Assembly (NCBI GenBank): GCA_964016885.1
Contig: OZ024759.1
Span: 36,270,001-36,334,000 of the forward strand
DNA: 64,000 nucleotides
From: Eledone cirrhosa
Taxonomy: Eukaryota
Reading direction: 5' to 3'
Positions 13,701 through 28,349 of the stretch are shown one piece after another. Both the position numbers and the translations under genes were made by a program. The first letter of the stretch is position 1. Each line of letters begins with the position of its first letter. The notes below the pieces were generated by a model. It searched no databases and was not told the DNA's origin. It saw only the letters and a list, made by a program, of their open reading frames with translations.

Positions 13701-16700
13701 AATACAATAGTATATATAGAGTAATGTAAATGTTATGTGAGATATTATGTGAGGTAAAGCCTTTACTGTGAAAATACAATAGTATATATATACTAATGTA
13801 AATGTTATGTGAGATATTATGTGAGGTAAAGCCTTTACTGTGAAAATACAATAGTATATATAGAGTAATGTAAATGTTATGTGAGATATTATGTGAGGTA
13901 AAGCCTTTACTGTGACAATACAATAGTATATATAGAGTAATGTAAATGTTATGTGAGATATTATGTGAGGTAAAGCCTTTACTGTGACAATACAATAGTA
14001 TATATAGAGTAATGTAAATGTTATGTGAGATATTATGTGAGGTAAAGCCTTTACTGTGACAATACAATAGTATATATAGAGTAATGTAAATGTTATGTGA
14101 GATATTATGTGAAGTAAAGCCTTTACTGTGAAAATACAATAGTATATATAGAGTAATGTAAATGTTATGTGAGATATTATGTGAAGTAAAGCCTTTACTG
14201 TGAAAATACAATAGTATATATAGAGTAATGTAAATGTTATGTGAGATATTATGTGAGGTAAAGCCTTTACTGTGAAAATACAATAGTATATATAGAGTAA
14301 TGTAAATGTTATGTGAGATATTATGTAAGATAAAGCCTTTACTGTGAAAATACAATAGTATATATAGAGTAATGTAAATGTTATGTGAGATATTATGTGA
14401 GGTAAAGCCTTTACTGTGACAATACAATAGTATATATAGAGTAATGTAAATGTTATGTGAGATATTATGTGAGGTAAAGCCTTTACTGTGACAATACAAT
14501 AGTATATATAGAGTAATGTAAATGTTATGTGAGATATTATGTGAGGTAAAGCCTTTACTGTGACAATACAATAGTATATATAGAGTAATGTAAATGTTAT
14601 ATGAGATATTATGTAAGATAAAGCCTTTACTGTGAAAATACAATAGTATATATAGAGTAATGTAAATGTTATATGAGATATTATGTGAGGTAAAGCCTTT
14701 ACTGTGACAATACAATAGTATATATAGAGTAATGTAAATGTTATGTGAGATATTATGTGAGGTAAAGCCTTTACTGTGAAAATACAATAGTATATATAGA
14801 GTAATGTAAATGTTATGTGAGATATTATGTGAGGTAAAGCCTTTACTGTGAAAATACAATAGTATATATAGAGTAATGTAAATGTTATGTGAGATATTAT
14901 GTGAGGTAAAGCCTTTACTGTGAAAATACAATAGTATATATAGAGTAATGTAAATGTTATGTGAGATATTATGTGAGGTAAAGCCTTTACTGTGAAAATA
15001 CAATAGTATATATAGAGTAATGTAAATGTTATGTGAGATATTATGTGAGGTAAAGCCTTTACTGTGAAAATACAATAGTATATATAGAGTAATGTAAATG
15101 TTATGTGAGATATTATGTGAGGTAAAGCCTTTACTGTGACAATACAATAGTATATATAGAGTAATGTAAATGTTATGTGAGATATTATGTGAGGTAAAGC
15201 CTTTACTGTGAAAATACAATAGTATATATAGAGTAATGTAAATGGTAAAAGGTTACGGCAGTTAATCCTGCTGGGGTCAACTTTACATTTCATCCTCTCG
15301 GAGTTGATAAAGTACTTGACCAGAGGTGATGGTAAATTGACCAAAATATTAGTAAGACAGGATGCTTGGCAAAGCTGTTTGTTTTAATTTCATTCAACCT
15401 TATATTTATTTAGATCAGATCTTGATAACTATTTTTATACGAAACTGTCTGAAACTGCTCCATGTTCTATAATACAAAGCTGTTTGTTTTAAATTCATTC
15501 TTTCAACTTTATATTTATTTCTATCAGATCTTGAGTGCCAAGTACTGATGAAATCAAACAAGACATTGGTGTTTTGTGGACTGAAAGACCTCAATATGAA
15601 AGATTGTTCCCCTGGTGCTATTTACCCAAACGTAAGTATAAGAGTCAAGAGAACTCTTCAACTGTGTAAAAGTCATGAGAACGTTCCTTGTGTTGGTGAT
15701 GTATATGATAGAATGCACCTAGTACACTCTGTAAAGTGGTTTGTTATTTTGATAATTTAATGACAAAGACAGAAATTTCTTGTTAGAAACTCAGATACAG
15801 AAATATTTAAATTCACAGCTTAATTTTAAACTGTCATTTAATTATTAGTATAAAAATCTGTACAAAATATAAATATTTATTCCTTCTTTAATCTCTTTTC
15901 AGATCATAATGCTTGAGAAATCAAATCTATTTGAACTGGAGGTATGTTATTTTATTATGATTAACACCTCAGCTTGAAACTGGGTCATTAATACCTTTAT
16001 TTTATAATTATGAGATCTGTTTGGTCTCATTGACTGGCAATATTTTCATCACCATTTTCATACCCCATTGGCTTGCCTTAGAAGGAGTCCCCTTCATATA
16101 TACACCTGTATTATATATACCTTTATATACACCTGTATTATATATACCTTTATATACATTCTTTCATATACACCTGTCTTAAACAAAAGTCTCGTCTTAT
16201 ACCTTATATTTTACCATATTGCTCTGCCAAAATAATTAAAGATATTTTAAAATAATTTTCAGTTTATATACTACAGTAAGGTTCTTGGCAAGAATAAGAA
16301 AAACCCAGACTACAAACTAAGATTAAGGGTCGGCCAACTTCAAATTGTCTGCCTTGCAAAATTCTTCTGGGATCTCACGGTAAGTTTTGGTTTATCTATT
16401 TTTTAAAAGTCATATCTTTATATGTCCAGTTGAAGAATAAATCTTTGATGAATATGTGTGTGTGTGTATATAGTCCATGGAACGAGTTTGGTAGAAGTAG
16501 TTCCACAATAGTTAATTCACCATTTCTGAGAACAATTTGTTTCACCTTAACGGATCTTAGCTGATGATCCATCAAAGGTGAAACAAATTGTTCTTGGAAA
16601 TGGTGAATTAACTGTTGTGGAACTACTTATATATATATATATATATATCAATGATATTAATAAATGGAAACTAAATTTATAAAACTATATTTATTCTATT

Positions 16701-16806
16701 ATCTATGTTTCAAGGGTACCAAAACTTTGGTACGTTCTCATCAGATAAGATACAAAGTTTGTTTTATAAATATTGACATATCCAGGAACGAGACCTTAAC
16801 GGTTCA

Positions 16807-16878
<72 letters not shown>

Positions 16879-19800
16879 AAAGGTAAACAGAAATAACAAA
16901 ATAATCGGTAGAGTATATGGAAGGAGTATATTAGGTTAACACTTGATATAGCAGGAAGAGGGTCTTAATGCATGGATGAGTTGAGAAAGAAACTGGGTAT
17001 AAGAGGGATAAATTGTGGTGTGCAGGAGAGAAGACTGAGATGGTATGGACATGTGATGCTCATGGAGGATGACCGCTGGGTAAAGAAGTACCAAGAAATG
17101 CCAGTAGAAGGAAGACGCAGTAGAGGAAGACCACGAAAAACATGGGCGGTGTTGGTGATAGATGACCTCAGATCGCTGAAGCTCATGGAGGGATGACGAA
17201 GGACTGTGACAAGTGGAGAGATGCTGTGTTGAATAGGACCCGTCCCACCCTTGTAAGCAGGGAAAAGTGGACGTAAAATGATGATGATGATGAGGATGAT
17301 ATATATATATAACCCTTTTCTTCTTATTGTACATATGTAGAACTTGCAATGTTTTGATAAAATTCTATCAATTCTATCAAATTTCTATTTCAGAGGTTTT
17401 TTGAACCAATTGTTACACCAAACCTTATTGACGAGACTGGTGCCGCTGTGACAAGAACAGTTTCTAAAAATGTTTGTTTGATTCACTTTAATTATTTATT
17501 TTCTATTTCTATTTATTACTGGTGGTATTTGTAACCTATTCCATACCAAACCATTCAATACCCCCTGATTCTGTGGTAGTAATAAATTGGCAGTATCGGT
17601 GGAGGGTCAGACGCCATGCTTTGACGCATTGAGTTACGGCCCTTGCCATTCTGAGTTCAAATCCCACCGAGTTTAACTTTGCCTTTCATCCTTACAGGGT
17701 CGATAAAATAAAGTATCAGTAATACACTGGGATAATTGCTGGCCTTGTGCCAAAAGTAGAAACAATTATAATTTAATTAAAGAAACTACAACTGCCACCA
17801 CCACCACTACTACAATCACCTCCACCACCACAACTACTAACACCACCACTACTACAATCACTAACACCACAACTACTACCATCACCACCACAACAACAAC
17901 ACCACCACTACTACAATCACCTCCACCACCACTACTACCACCACCACTACTACAATCACCACCACTACAGTCACCACCACTACCACCACCGTCACCACCA
18001 CCACCACCGCTACCACCACCTCTACTACAGCTACCACCACCTCCACCATCACTACCACCATCATCATCATCATCATTGTATATATCTTTCTTCCTTCTCC
18101 ACCAGATGAACCGTATGAAATTACACCATGCCCACACCAGTTTCAATTTTGATGTGTACGCTCCGATATTGTTAATCCCCAAACATTCTAAATCTACCGA
18201 CTTACTCTACGTACGTCTTGGATACCTGAAACTGAGGAACTTCTTTGAAATGACAACAGAACCGTCCCAGGAGTGGAACCATATTTTCCTTACACTCAGC
18301 TCCATTAAAATCAGCAGGTAAATTGTTGCTGTTGTTCTTATTTTGCATATGTTTCTAGTTGTGTCATTCATGGAACTGTGGCCTTTCTGGAGCATCAGTC
18401 TGTTAGGGTAGATAGGTAGAGTCTGTTAGGGTAGAGAGGTAGAGTCTGTTAGGGTAGAGAGGTAGAGTCTGTTAGGGTAGAGAGGTAGAGTTTGTTAGGG
18501 TAGAGAGGTAGAGTTTGTTAGGGTAGAGAGGTAGAGTCTGTTAGGGTAGAGAGGTAGAGTTTGTTAGGGTAGAGAGGTAGAGTCTGTTAGGGTAGAGAGG
18601 TAGAGTCTGTTAGGGTAGAGAGGTAGAGTTTGTTAGGGTAGAGAGGTAGAGTCTGTTAGGGTAGAGAGGTAGAGTTTGTTAGGGTAGAGAGGTAGAGTTT
18701 GTTAGGGTAGAGAGGTAGAGTCTGTTAGGGTAGAGAGGTAGAGTTTGTTAGGGTAGAGAGGTAGAGTCTGTTAGGGTAGAGAGGTAGAGTTTGTTAGGGT
18801 AGAGAGGTAGAGTCTGTTAGGGTAGAGAGGTAGAGTCTGTTAGGGTAGAGAGGTAGAGTTTGTTAGGGTAGAGAGGTAGAGTTTGTTAGGGTAGAGAGGT
18901 AGAGTCTGTTAGGGTAGAGAGGTAGAGTCTGTTAGGGTAGAGAGGTAGAGTTTGTTAGGGTAGAGAGGTAGAGTCTGTTAGGGTAGATAGGTAGAGTCTG
19001 TTAGGGTAGATAGGTAGAGTCTGTTAGGGTAGAGAGGTAGAGTTTGTTAGGGTAGAGAGGTAGAGTCTGTTAGGGTAGAGAGGTAGAGTCTGTTAGGGTA
19101 GAGAGGTTGTTGGACCATCTTCTTCTCAGAAGATGGTCCGACAAAATTCCTGAAGAAAATCAGAGTGGAGAGGGAAGTGCTACTTTCCAACCACATTTGT
19201 TGAAAGGTGGGTGAGAGAGGCAAGAATGGGCTTGCTCTGAGCGTGTGCCTGTAATATTGAGGACACCTAGGAGAGGTCGCTTGTCCTAGCTGTCAGGGTG
19301 ATCATGGCTTTTGTGGGCTTTCTCCACGAGTAACCCTTGGGGTCTCCTCACCATTGGGGATTTTGATATGTTTGTTTTTTTTAAATATTTATTTTCTTAG
19401 TCTCTGTTAGAAATTTTATTTTACACAAAAAACCCACAATGTATCGTCCTGTACCGTCTTTAATGTTTCCTTAATGTGAACCCTGTGTGGCTAATAAAGA
19501 AAGCATTATTATTATTATTATTATTGGAGTGGATGGCAGTGGATTGGCAGTATCGGTAGAGGGTCGGACACCATGCTTTGAAGCATAGAGTTACGTCCCT
19601 TTATGATCTGAGTTCAAATCCCGCCGAGGTTAACTTTGCCTTTCATCCTTACAGGGTCGATAAAATAAAGTACCAGTAATGCACTGGGGTCGACTTTCCC
19701 TTCCCCACAAATTACTGGCCTTGTGCCTATATAAGAAACCATTATTATTATTATTATTTTGTTTGTTATATTACAGAGCTGAGTTATCATTAGCAGATGA

Positions 19801-22800
19801 TGTCTACAACATTGTACAAGATATTTTAGACCCTGTAAACCTAAAAGCTGATATCAAAAATGCCCTTTATCCATTGGCATCTAAGGTCCACTATGATATC
19901 TCAGGACAACTTGATCTAGTCAAGGTAACTTCATATTTCTTCCCCTACCTTACATATTTCTTTGTGTTTACCTTCTTAAATGTTTGCTGTTTTAGAGCAT
20001 AACATTGTTTAACCCTTTACCATTTACATTACTCTATATTTACTATTATATTTTTGTGGTAAAGGCATATCTCATATCTCACATAATATTGAATCTACAA
20101 GATTTTGATGTTATTTATTTTCAGAACAATATTTTAACATTTAGCATTTACATTTACAATACCTTAACATCAGTATGAATGGCCAGTTATGGCCGGTTTG
20201 GACAGAAAAAGGTGAGAAAATTCTGGCTGGATACGGACAGTTTAAATGCTAAAGGGTTAAACATCTAAAATAAGTAATAACATTTTAAAATGATTGGTTA
20301 TGTATCATAAAAGCAGGGAAGGTTTAGGTGAGTTCAGGCAAGTTGCTATCAAAAGAGTTAAAGTTACATAAAGGAACTGTTGTTGAAATATTGAAATCTC
20401 TTTGTCTTTCAGATTCATTTGATCCAAAAGGACATACAATCAATAATGGGTATTTATCAAGAAAACCTCATGGAAGGTGCACCCTCATTGTCCCCTGTTG
20501 GTAAGTATCACATGATCTTACTTGTATATTTTATATCAGGGTGCAGGCATGGCAGTGCAATAAAGACATTTGCTGATATATCAATTGATTTAAATAATGG
20601 TAATATAAGGCATCCCACATGTTAGTATGAGTGTGAGTGACATGGGGGAGATCAGTGATTTGGTTGGCCTCAATATAGCAAATGAATTAAAAACACTCTT
20701 CACAGCAATTGGCATTGGTGTATACTGTGATGGTGGCTTACTCCCACACCACAAACTGATCCTTTAAACCACTGGCATGTATATACATATACACACACAC
20801 ATATATATATTTATATATATGTGTGTGTATATATATATACACATATATATATTTATATATATGATAAAACAACGGTGTCTCTGGTCGATACGAAGCGAGA
20901 GTGTATTTGAATACGTAAAATAGCTAGAAGAGCTGTTAAAACAGCTAAATGCTGTCAAAGACAGTGATGGGTAAAAATGCCTTAGATGACAGAGACCAGC
21001 AGCCAATAGTCAACAGAGAGACAATCCACAAAGTAGGTGACAGGTAAATGAAATATAATGTCTCAGAGGACAGAGACCAGCGGCCAGTGGTCAACAGAGA
21101 GACAATCTATAAGGCGGGTGACAGGCAGAGGAAATATAGAAAAGATTGAAAGAGGAGGAGGACAAGAAGTGTGTTGGTACACAGAAGTGACCAGAAGAGG
21201 GACTTGTTTTATACATTCTTTTCTTTATTTCCTCTTCCGGTCACTTCTGTGCCCAGTCACTAACCCTTACATCATCATCTGGCAGCCTCAGCCAAAATAG
21301 ACTCAACAATTGGTCTCCACATGGGTCTGTTGTTCATTGTTGTTGTCAAGTCCTAGATTTCAATACCAGAATCTCTGGAGATGACATCGGGATAGGAGAG
21401 CTTGCATCCTCTCTTATTAGTGACTACTTGAGGTTTCCAAAGCACTAATGGGGACACAGCCTCATAGGTGGCACGATGGCACTGCCCAGCAAAATTTACT
21501 CTCCTTTTACGTACAATGACAGATAGGCACGGGAGGCCAGCATATATCTCTCTCAAAGTCAGATGTCGCCAGCTTATGATCTGAATGTGTTGAAGCAGGC
21601 GAGTGTAGGTGACAGTAGTAGTAGTAGTAGTAGTAGTAGTGTAAGTGCCATCAAAGTACTTTTGTTGTTTGGATGAAAGCGTCCATGTTTCACTTCCATA
21701 TTATATTCCCCAAAATGCAGTATTATTAATTTCATTTCTTTGTTTTTCTTCCTTAAAGCTGGTTACCATTTTCCAACCAAAGAATCCTCCCCAATGGCCA
21801 CAGACTCACTATGTGCCAGTTCTGAGGAATCATTAAAGAATCAACCCAGATCAGCCATAAACCTCAATTTTACTTTGGATGGTATCGTGATATGTCTCGT
21901 TGAACAGAAACCTACACAACTGGTCAGTATCTTTTAACATTTTCATCTGTTAGGAAAAAAATGAATCAATGGTGGTGCCCCAGCATGGCCTCAGCTTCTC
22001 AGCTGGAACACGTAATAGAGTTATAGAGTAATATGTAGTAGCAGTGCCCCAGCATGGCCACAGTCTCTCGGCTGGAACACGTAACACAGTTATAGAGTAA
22101 TATGTAGTAGCAGTGCCCCAGCATGGCCACAGTCTCTCGGCTGGAACACGTAACACAGTTATAGAGTAATATGTAGTAGCGGTGCCCCAGCATGGCCATG
22201 GTCTCTTGGCTAGAACATGTAAAATCTGTTAACATTGACTGGCTGTATTTAGTCCTAGTACTAGTATCTGTTAACATTAACTGATTCCCAAGGCCTCAAT
22301 AGACCCAAGTCATCTGCTCCATAACATGGCAGAGGTAACCAAGGCCTCAATAGACCCAAGTCATCTGCTCCATAACATAGCAGAGGTAACCAAGGCCTCA
22401 ATAGACCCAAGTCATCTGCTCCATAACATGGCAGAGGTAACCAAGGCCTCAATAGACCCAAGTCATCTGCTCCATAACATAGCAGAGGTAACCAAGGCCT
22501 CAATAGACCCAAGTCATCTGCTCCATAACATGGCAGAGGTAACCAAGGCCTCAATAGACCCAAGTCATCTGCTCCATAATATAGCAGAGGTAACCAAGGC
22601 CTCAATAGACCCAAGTCATCTGCTCCATAACATGGCAGAGGTAACCAAGGCCTCAATAGACCCAAGTCATCTGCTCCATAACATAGCAGAGGTAACCAAG
22701 GCCTCAATAGACCCAAATCATCTGCTCCATAACATAGCAGAGGTAACCAAGGCCTCAATAGACCCAAGTCATCTGCTCCATAATATAGCAGAGGTAACCA

Positions 22801-25800
22801 AGGCCTCAATAGACCCAAGTCATCTGCTCCATAATATAGCAGAGGTAACCAAGGCCTCAATAGACCCAAGTCATCTGCTCCATAATATAGCAGAGGTAAC
22901 CAAGGCCTCAATAGACCCAAGTCATCTGCTCCATAACATGGCAGAGGTAACCAAGGCCTCAATAGACCCAAGTCATCTGCTCCATAACATAGCAGAGGTA
23001 ACCAAGGCCTCAATAGACCCAAGTCATCTGCTCCATAACATAGCAGAGGTAACCAAGGCCTCAATAGACCCAAGTCATCTGCTCCATAACATGGCAGAGG
23101 TAACCAAGGCCTCAATAGACCCAAGTCATCTGCTCCATAACATAGCAGAGGTAACCAAGGCCTCAATAGACCCAAGTCATCTGCTCCATAATATAGCAGA
23201 GGTAACCAAGGCCTCAATAGACCCAAGTCATCTGCTCCATAATATAGCAGAGGTAACCAAGGCCTCAATAGACCCAAGTCATCTGCTCCATAATATAGCA
23301 GAGGTAACCAAGGCCTCAATAGACCCAAGTCATCTGCTCCATAACATGGCAGAGGTAACCAAGGCCTCAATAGACCCAAGTCATCTGCTCCATAACATAG
23401 CAGAGGTAACCAAGGCCTCAATAGACCCAAGTCATCTGCTCCATAATATAGCAGAGGTAACCAAGGCCTCAATAGACCCAAGTCATCTGCTCCATAATAT
23501 AGCAGAGGTAACCAAGGCCTCAATAGACCCAAGTCATCTGCTCCATAACATGGCAGAGGTAACCAAGGCCTCAATAGACCCAAGTCATCTGCTCCATAAC
23601 ATAGCAGAGGTAACCAAGGCCTCAATAGACCCAAGTCATCTGCTCCATAACATGGCAGAGGTAACCAAGGCCTCAATAGACCCAAGTCATCTGCTCCATA
23701 ATATAGCAGAGGTAACCAAGGCCTCAATAGACCCAAGTCATCTGCTCCATAATATAGCAGAGGTAACCAAGGCCTCAATAGACCCAAGTCATCTGCTCCA
23801 TAACATAGCAGAGGTAACCAAGGCCTCAATAGACCCAAGTCATCTGCTCCATAACATAGCAGAGGTAACCAAGGCCTCAATAGACCCAAGTCATCTGCTC
23901 CATAATATAGCAGAGGTAACCAAGGCCTCAATAGACCCAAGTCATCTGCTCCATAACATAGCAGAGGTAACCAAGGCCTCAATAGACCCAAGTCATCTGC
24001 TCCATAACATGGCAGAGGTAACCAAGGCCTCAATAGACCCAAGTCATCTGCTCCATAATATAGCAGAGGTAACCAAGGCCTCAATAGACCCAAGTCATCT
24101 GCTCCATAACATAGCAGAGGTAACCAAGGCCTCAATAGACCCAAGTCATCTGCTCCATAACATGGCAGAGGTAACCAAGGCCTCAATAGACCCAAGGAAG
24201 TGAGTATCCCTCAGTCGGCTATGCACAAGTTTCGGTTGATTCAATGCAGCCATGCACCGCTGGGGGCTGAGACCATCAGCAGCTTGTATGTGTGGTTCAC
24301 CAGAGCAGACTACTAAACATATACTAAGTGCTCATTCACCCTAATTCCACAACTGTGAGCTGGTTGCAGAACCTGGGATATATCATGTGATTACAGTTTC
24401 ATATACAACAAGAAGAACAACAACACTTTAGACTTTATAGATATGTGATGGTTTTTTTTTGTTTTGTTTTAACCCTTTAGCATTTACATTACTCTACATA
24501 TATTATTGTAATTCTGTGGTAAAATCTTTATCTCACATAATTATCTCACATAATTATCTCACATAATATCGAATCTATAAGATTTTGATATTATTTATTT
24601 TCGGAACAATACCTTAAGATCGGTATGAGTGGTTGGTTATGGCTGGTTTGAACAGAAAGAGGTGAGAGAATTCTGGCCGGATATGGCCAGTTTAAATGCT
24701 AAAGGGTTAATGAATAACAAAGGTGTTTATATATGAAATACATGTTTATGAGTGAAAAACAATTTACAGGTGAATAGTTTTCAGTTCAGTTCAAAATTCA
24801 TTCTAGGGTTTCCAGAAACAAGGATTGAGTCGGTTCCAGATGGGACGTGTAACTATAAAAAGAAGCCAGTTGTTTGATGGGTCTGCTGAAGGTTCCTTAC
24901 AAGTGAAATGGTTAATGATTGATGACATAAGTCCAGACAGCAAAGCCATTGTCAAAAGGTAAAACTTTCTTTACATCACAACATGAGATTGTTTTTGTTA
25001 TGATATAGCTGTAATGTGGTTGTGTAGGTGTCACGACAAAACACACAGTCCACACTGTAATGTGGCCATGTAGGTAACACGGTAAAAAGCTCCCAGTCCA
25101 CACTGTAAATGTGGTTGGTGTTAGGAAGGGCATCCAGTCATAGAAAACCTGCCAGATGGTCCTATATGAGCGAGACACAGTCACCCGACCAATCTTGCTT
25201 CAAGTGGGACAATTCCCGTCTAACCCATGCTAGTGTGGAAGATAGACATTAAATGATGATGATGATGATGATACCTGACTCCATGAAAAGTGTTCATATT
25301 TTCATTAGAAACATTCACCAAGTATTGAAGACCAACGCAACACAAAAAAGTGTTTAACCCTTTAGTATTTACATTACTCTATATATACTATTGTATTTTC
25401 AAGATAATGGCTTTATCTCACATAATATCGAATCTATGAGATTTTGATATTATTTATTTTGAGAACAGCACCTTAACATGAGTATGAGTGGCCAGTTATA
25501 GCTGGTTTGAACAAAGAGGTGAGAGAATTCTGGCTAGATATGGCCAGTTTAAATGCTAATGGGTTAAATATAAGTTTGAAATCAAGGTCAACAGAAAGTA
25601 GGTCCAGCCAAGTGTTGGTGAAGGGGAACAGAAGCCTCAGTTTAAATACACAATAAGTCTCCGATATTGAAGTGGTTAAAAGATATCAGTAGAAGGTCTC
25701 CCAGGAGTCATGACATGCATGTGAGCTGGTTCCCTTAGAGTAAAAGAAGTTAAGGGTTGAAACATTTGTCTGCAGGAGTGGGCTCTGCTCTGAAGACATT

Positions 25801-28290
25801 CTGCTGTTAAGCATGGTGTCCAATGCTCTACCAATTACTCCAATTCACCGCCCTCTATCACTCTAAATAATGGTTCCCGATTTAGGCCAACAGTTGTGGG
25901 AGATGGGAGAGTCAATTAAATCTTCCCTAGTACATGACTGGTACTTTATTTTACCAACCCCGTAAGAATGAAAGGCAAACTTTATTCTGCTTCTTTCCAT
26001 TTACATATTTGAAATATTCCCTGAATATTGTGTTAATTACTTTATTGTTTATTAATTAATATAATTTCTTCCATTCCATCAGAGTGCTGAAAATTGTGAA
26101 AAATAAAAGTAATTCTGAAATACAAGATATTCCTGTATTTAAGATTGATTATAAAAACTCTGGAGATGGCTGCCAAAAAGGTAAAAATTTTATTAAAATG
26201 AGTTGTTAATTAAAGATTACTTCATTTAGATCTATTACTAATTTCAGGGAAGTCTCACCTCTACACTGTCTCACCTCTATACTGTCTCACCTCTACACTG
26301 TCTCACCTCTACACTGTCTCACCTCTATACTGTCTCACCTCTACACTATCTCACCTCTACACTGTCTCACCTCTATACTGTCTCACCTCTACACTATCTC
26401 ACCTCTATACTGTCTCACCTCTACACTGTCTCACCTCTACACTATCTCACCTCTACACTGTCTCACCTCTACACTGTCTCACCTCTACACTATCTCTATA
26501 CTATCTCACCTCTACACTGTCTCACCTCTACACTATCTCTATACTATCTCACCTCTACACTCTCTCTACACTGCCTCACCTCTACACTGTCTCACCTCTA
26601 CACTCTCTCTACACTATCTCACCTCTACACTGTCTCACCTCTACACTATCTCACCTCTACACTGTCTCACCTCTACACTATCTCACCTCTACACTGTCTC
26701 ACCTCTACACTGTCTCACCTCTACACTGTCTCACCTCTACACTATCTCACCTCTACACTGTCTCACCTCTACACTATCTCACCTCTACACTGTCTCACCT
26801 CTACACTGTCTCACCTATACACTGTCTCACCTCTACACTGTCTCACCTATACACTGTCTCACCTCTACACTATCTCACCTCTACACTGTCTCACCTCTAC
26901 ACTATCTCACCTCTATACTGTCTCACCTCTACACTGTCTCACCTCTACACTATCTCACCTCTACACTGTCTCACCTCTACACTGTCTCACCTCTACACTA
27001 TCTCACCTCTATACTGTCTCACCTCTACACTGTCTCACCTCTACACTATCTCACCTCTACACTATCTCACCTCTACACTGTCTCACCTCTACACTATCTC
27101 ACCTCTATACTGCCTCACCTCTACACTGTCTCACCTCTACACTGTCTCACCTCTACACTGTCTCACCTCTACACTGTCTCACCTCTACACTATCTCACCT
27201 CTACACTGTCTCACCTCTACACTGTCTCACCTCTACACTATCTCACCTCTATACTGTCTCACCTCTACACTGTCTCACCTCTACACTCTCTCTACACTGT
27301 CTCTACACTGGGCTGCTTCTACACTGTCTCACTGACTTCTGTCTTGTTTTCATTATTCTATGTACAAACACATATATATATAGATAACGGAGGAGTTGTG
27401 GTAAGGAACCAGATGGACCATAATGCACCAGAGTCCAGAAATAGCCGTCGAAACGGCTTGAGCTCTGCCGTCGGGGTCATACTTTCTCCTATATATATAT
27501 ATTTGAAAAAGGAAAAGAATAACTTCACTTGTAGTTCTAAACAATTTGATTTAATTTTATGATATTATAATTTTACAATTTAGTTATATACACTCACACA
27601 TATATATATATATATATATGCACACACATACACACTATACATATATGCACACACATACACACCAAACACACACACACACACATATATATATATAAACCAC
27701 TTTCAAGCATTGTTATTCATAAGAAGCTCAAGGATGACGTCAATTGCCAATGTAATATTTGATATATTTTTATTTCTAGTGGATCTGTCACTGAGGAAAC
27801 TACGTTTCCATATTTGCCCAACATATTTGAATTCTCTGATCCATTTTCTCAACGGTGCCATTGAAACCAGCTACACATCAACTGTAGATGGCATGAATTC
27901 TTCAACTTCAATAACTACACAACACTCAAAACCTTATTTCTTGTTACCCACTGATGCATCTAATCTTACTGTCAGCTGCAAAATTGCAGATCCAGAAATT
28001 GTATTCTTTTCAAATCCAGAAAAACGAACTTGTCCTATTCTTGTTTTAAAGGTAAATTTTATTTATAATTCCATCATCATCATCAGTATTATAATTTAGT
28101 GTTTGTTTTTTTTTTTCCTTTATTTTTAGGTTTTTCCTAGTATATATATTAGTATATATGTGTGTATATATACAGGGTGTGGACGATATTTGTTTGCAAT
28201 TTTGTATATATATATAACAGAAAAAGAGTCAGGACCCTGACAGCTGAGCTCTGGTCGTTTCGACAGCTATCATCATCATCATCATCATCA

Positions 28291-28349
<59 letters not shown>

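Noticed and set aside
13617-15344. 575-aa and 522-aa ORFs
   Set aside because: Translations of a 72-bp intronic tandem array inside a MITE; no coding signal.
18397-19107. Interstitial telomere
   Set aside because: TTAGGG occurs once per 23-bp unit, not as tandem hexamers.
19540-19630. tRNA genes at A/B-box motifs
   Set aside because: These are SINE heads; there is no full cloverleaf and each is followed by SINE body and tail.
22261-24203. 644/625-aa ORFs, or a CRISPR-like array
   Set aside because: Head-to-tail 51-bp minisatellite with no unique spacers and no cas genes, in a eukaryotic intron.
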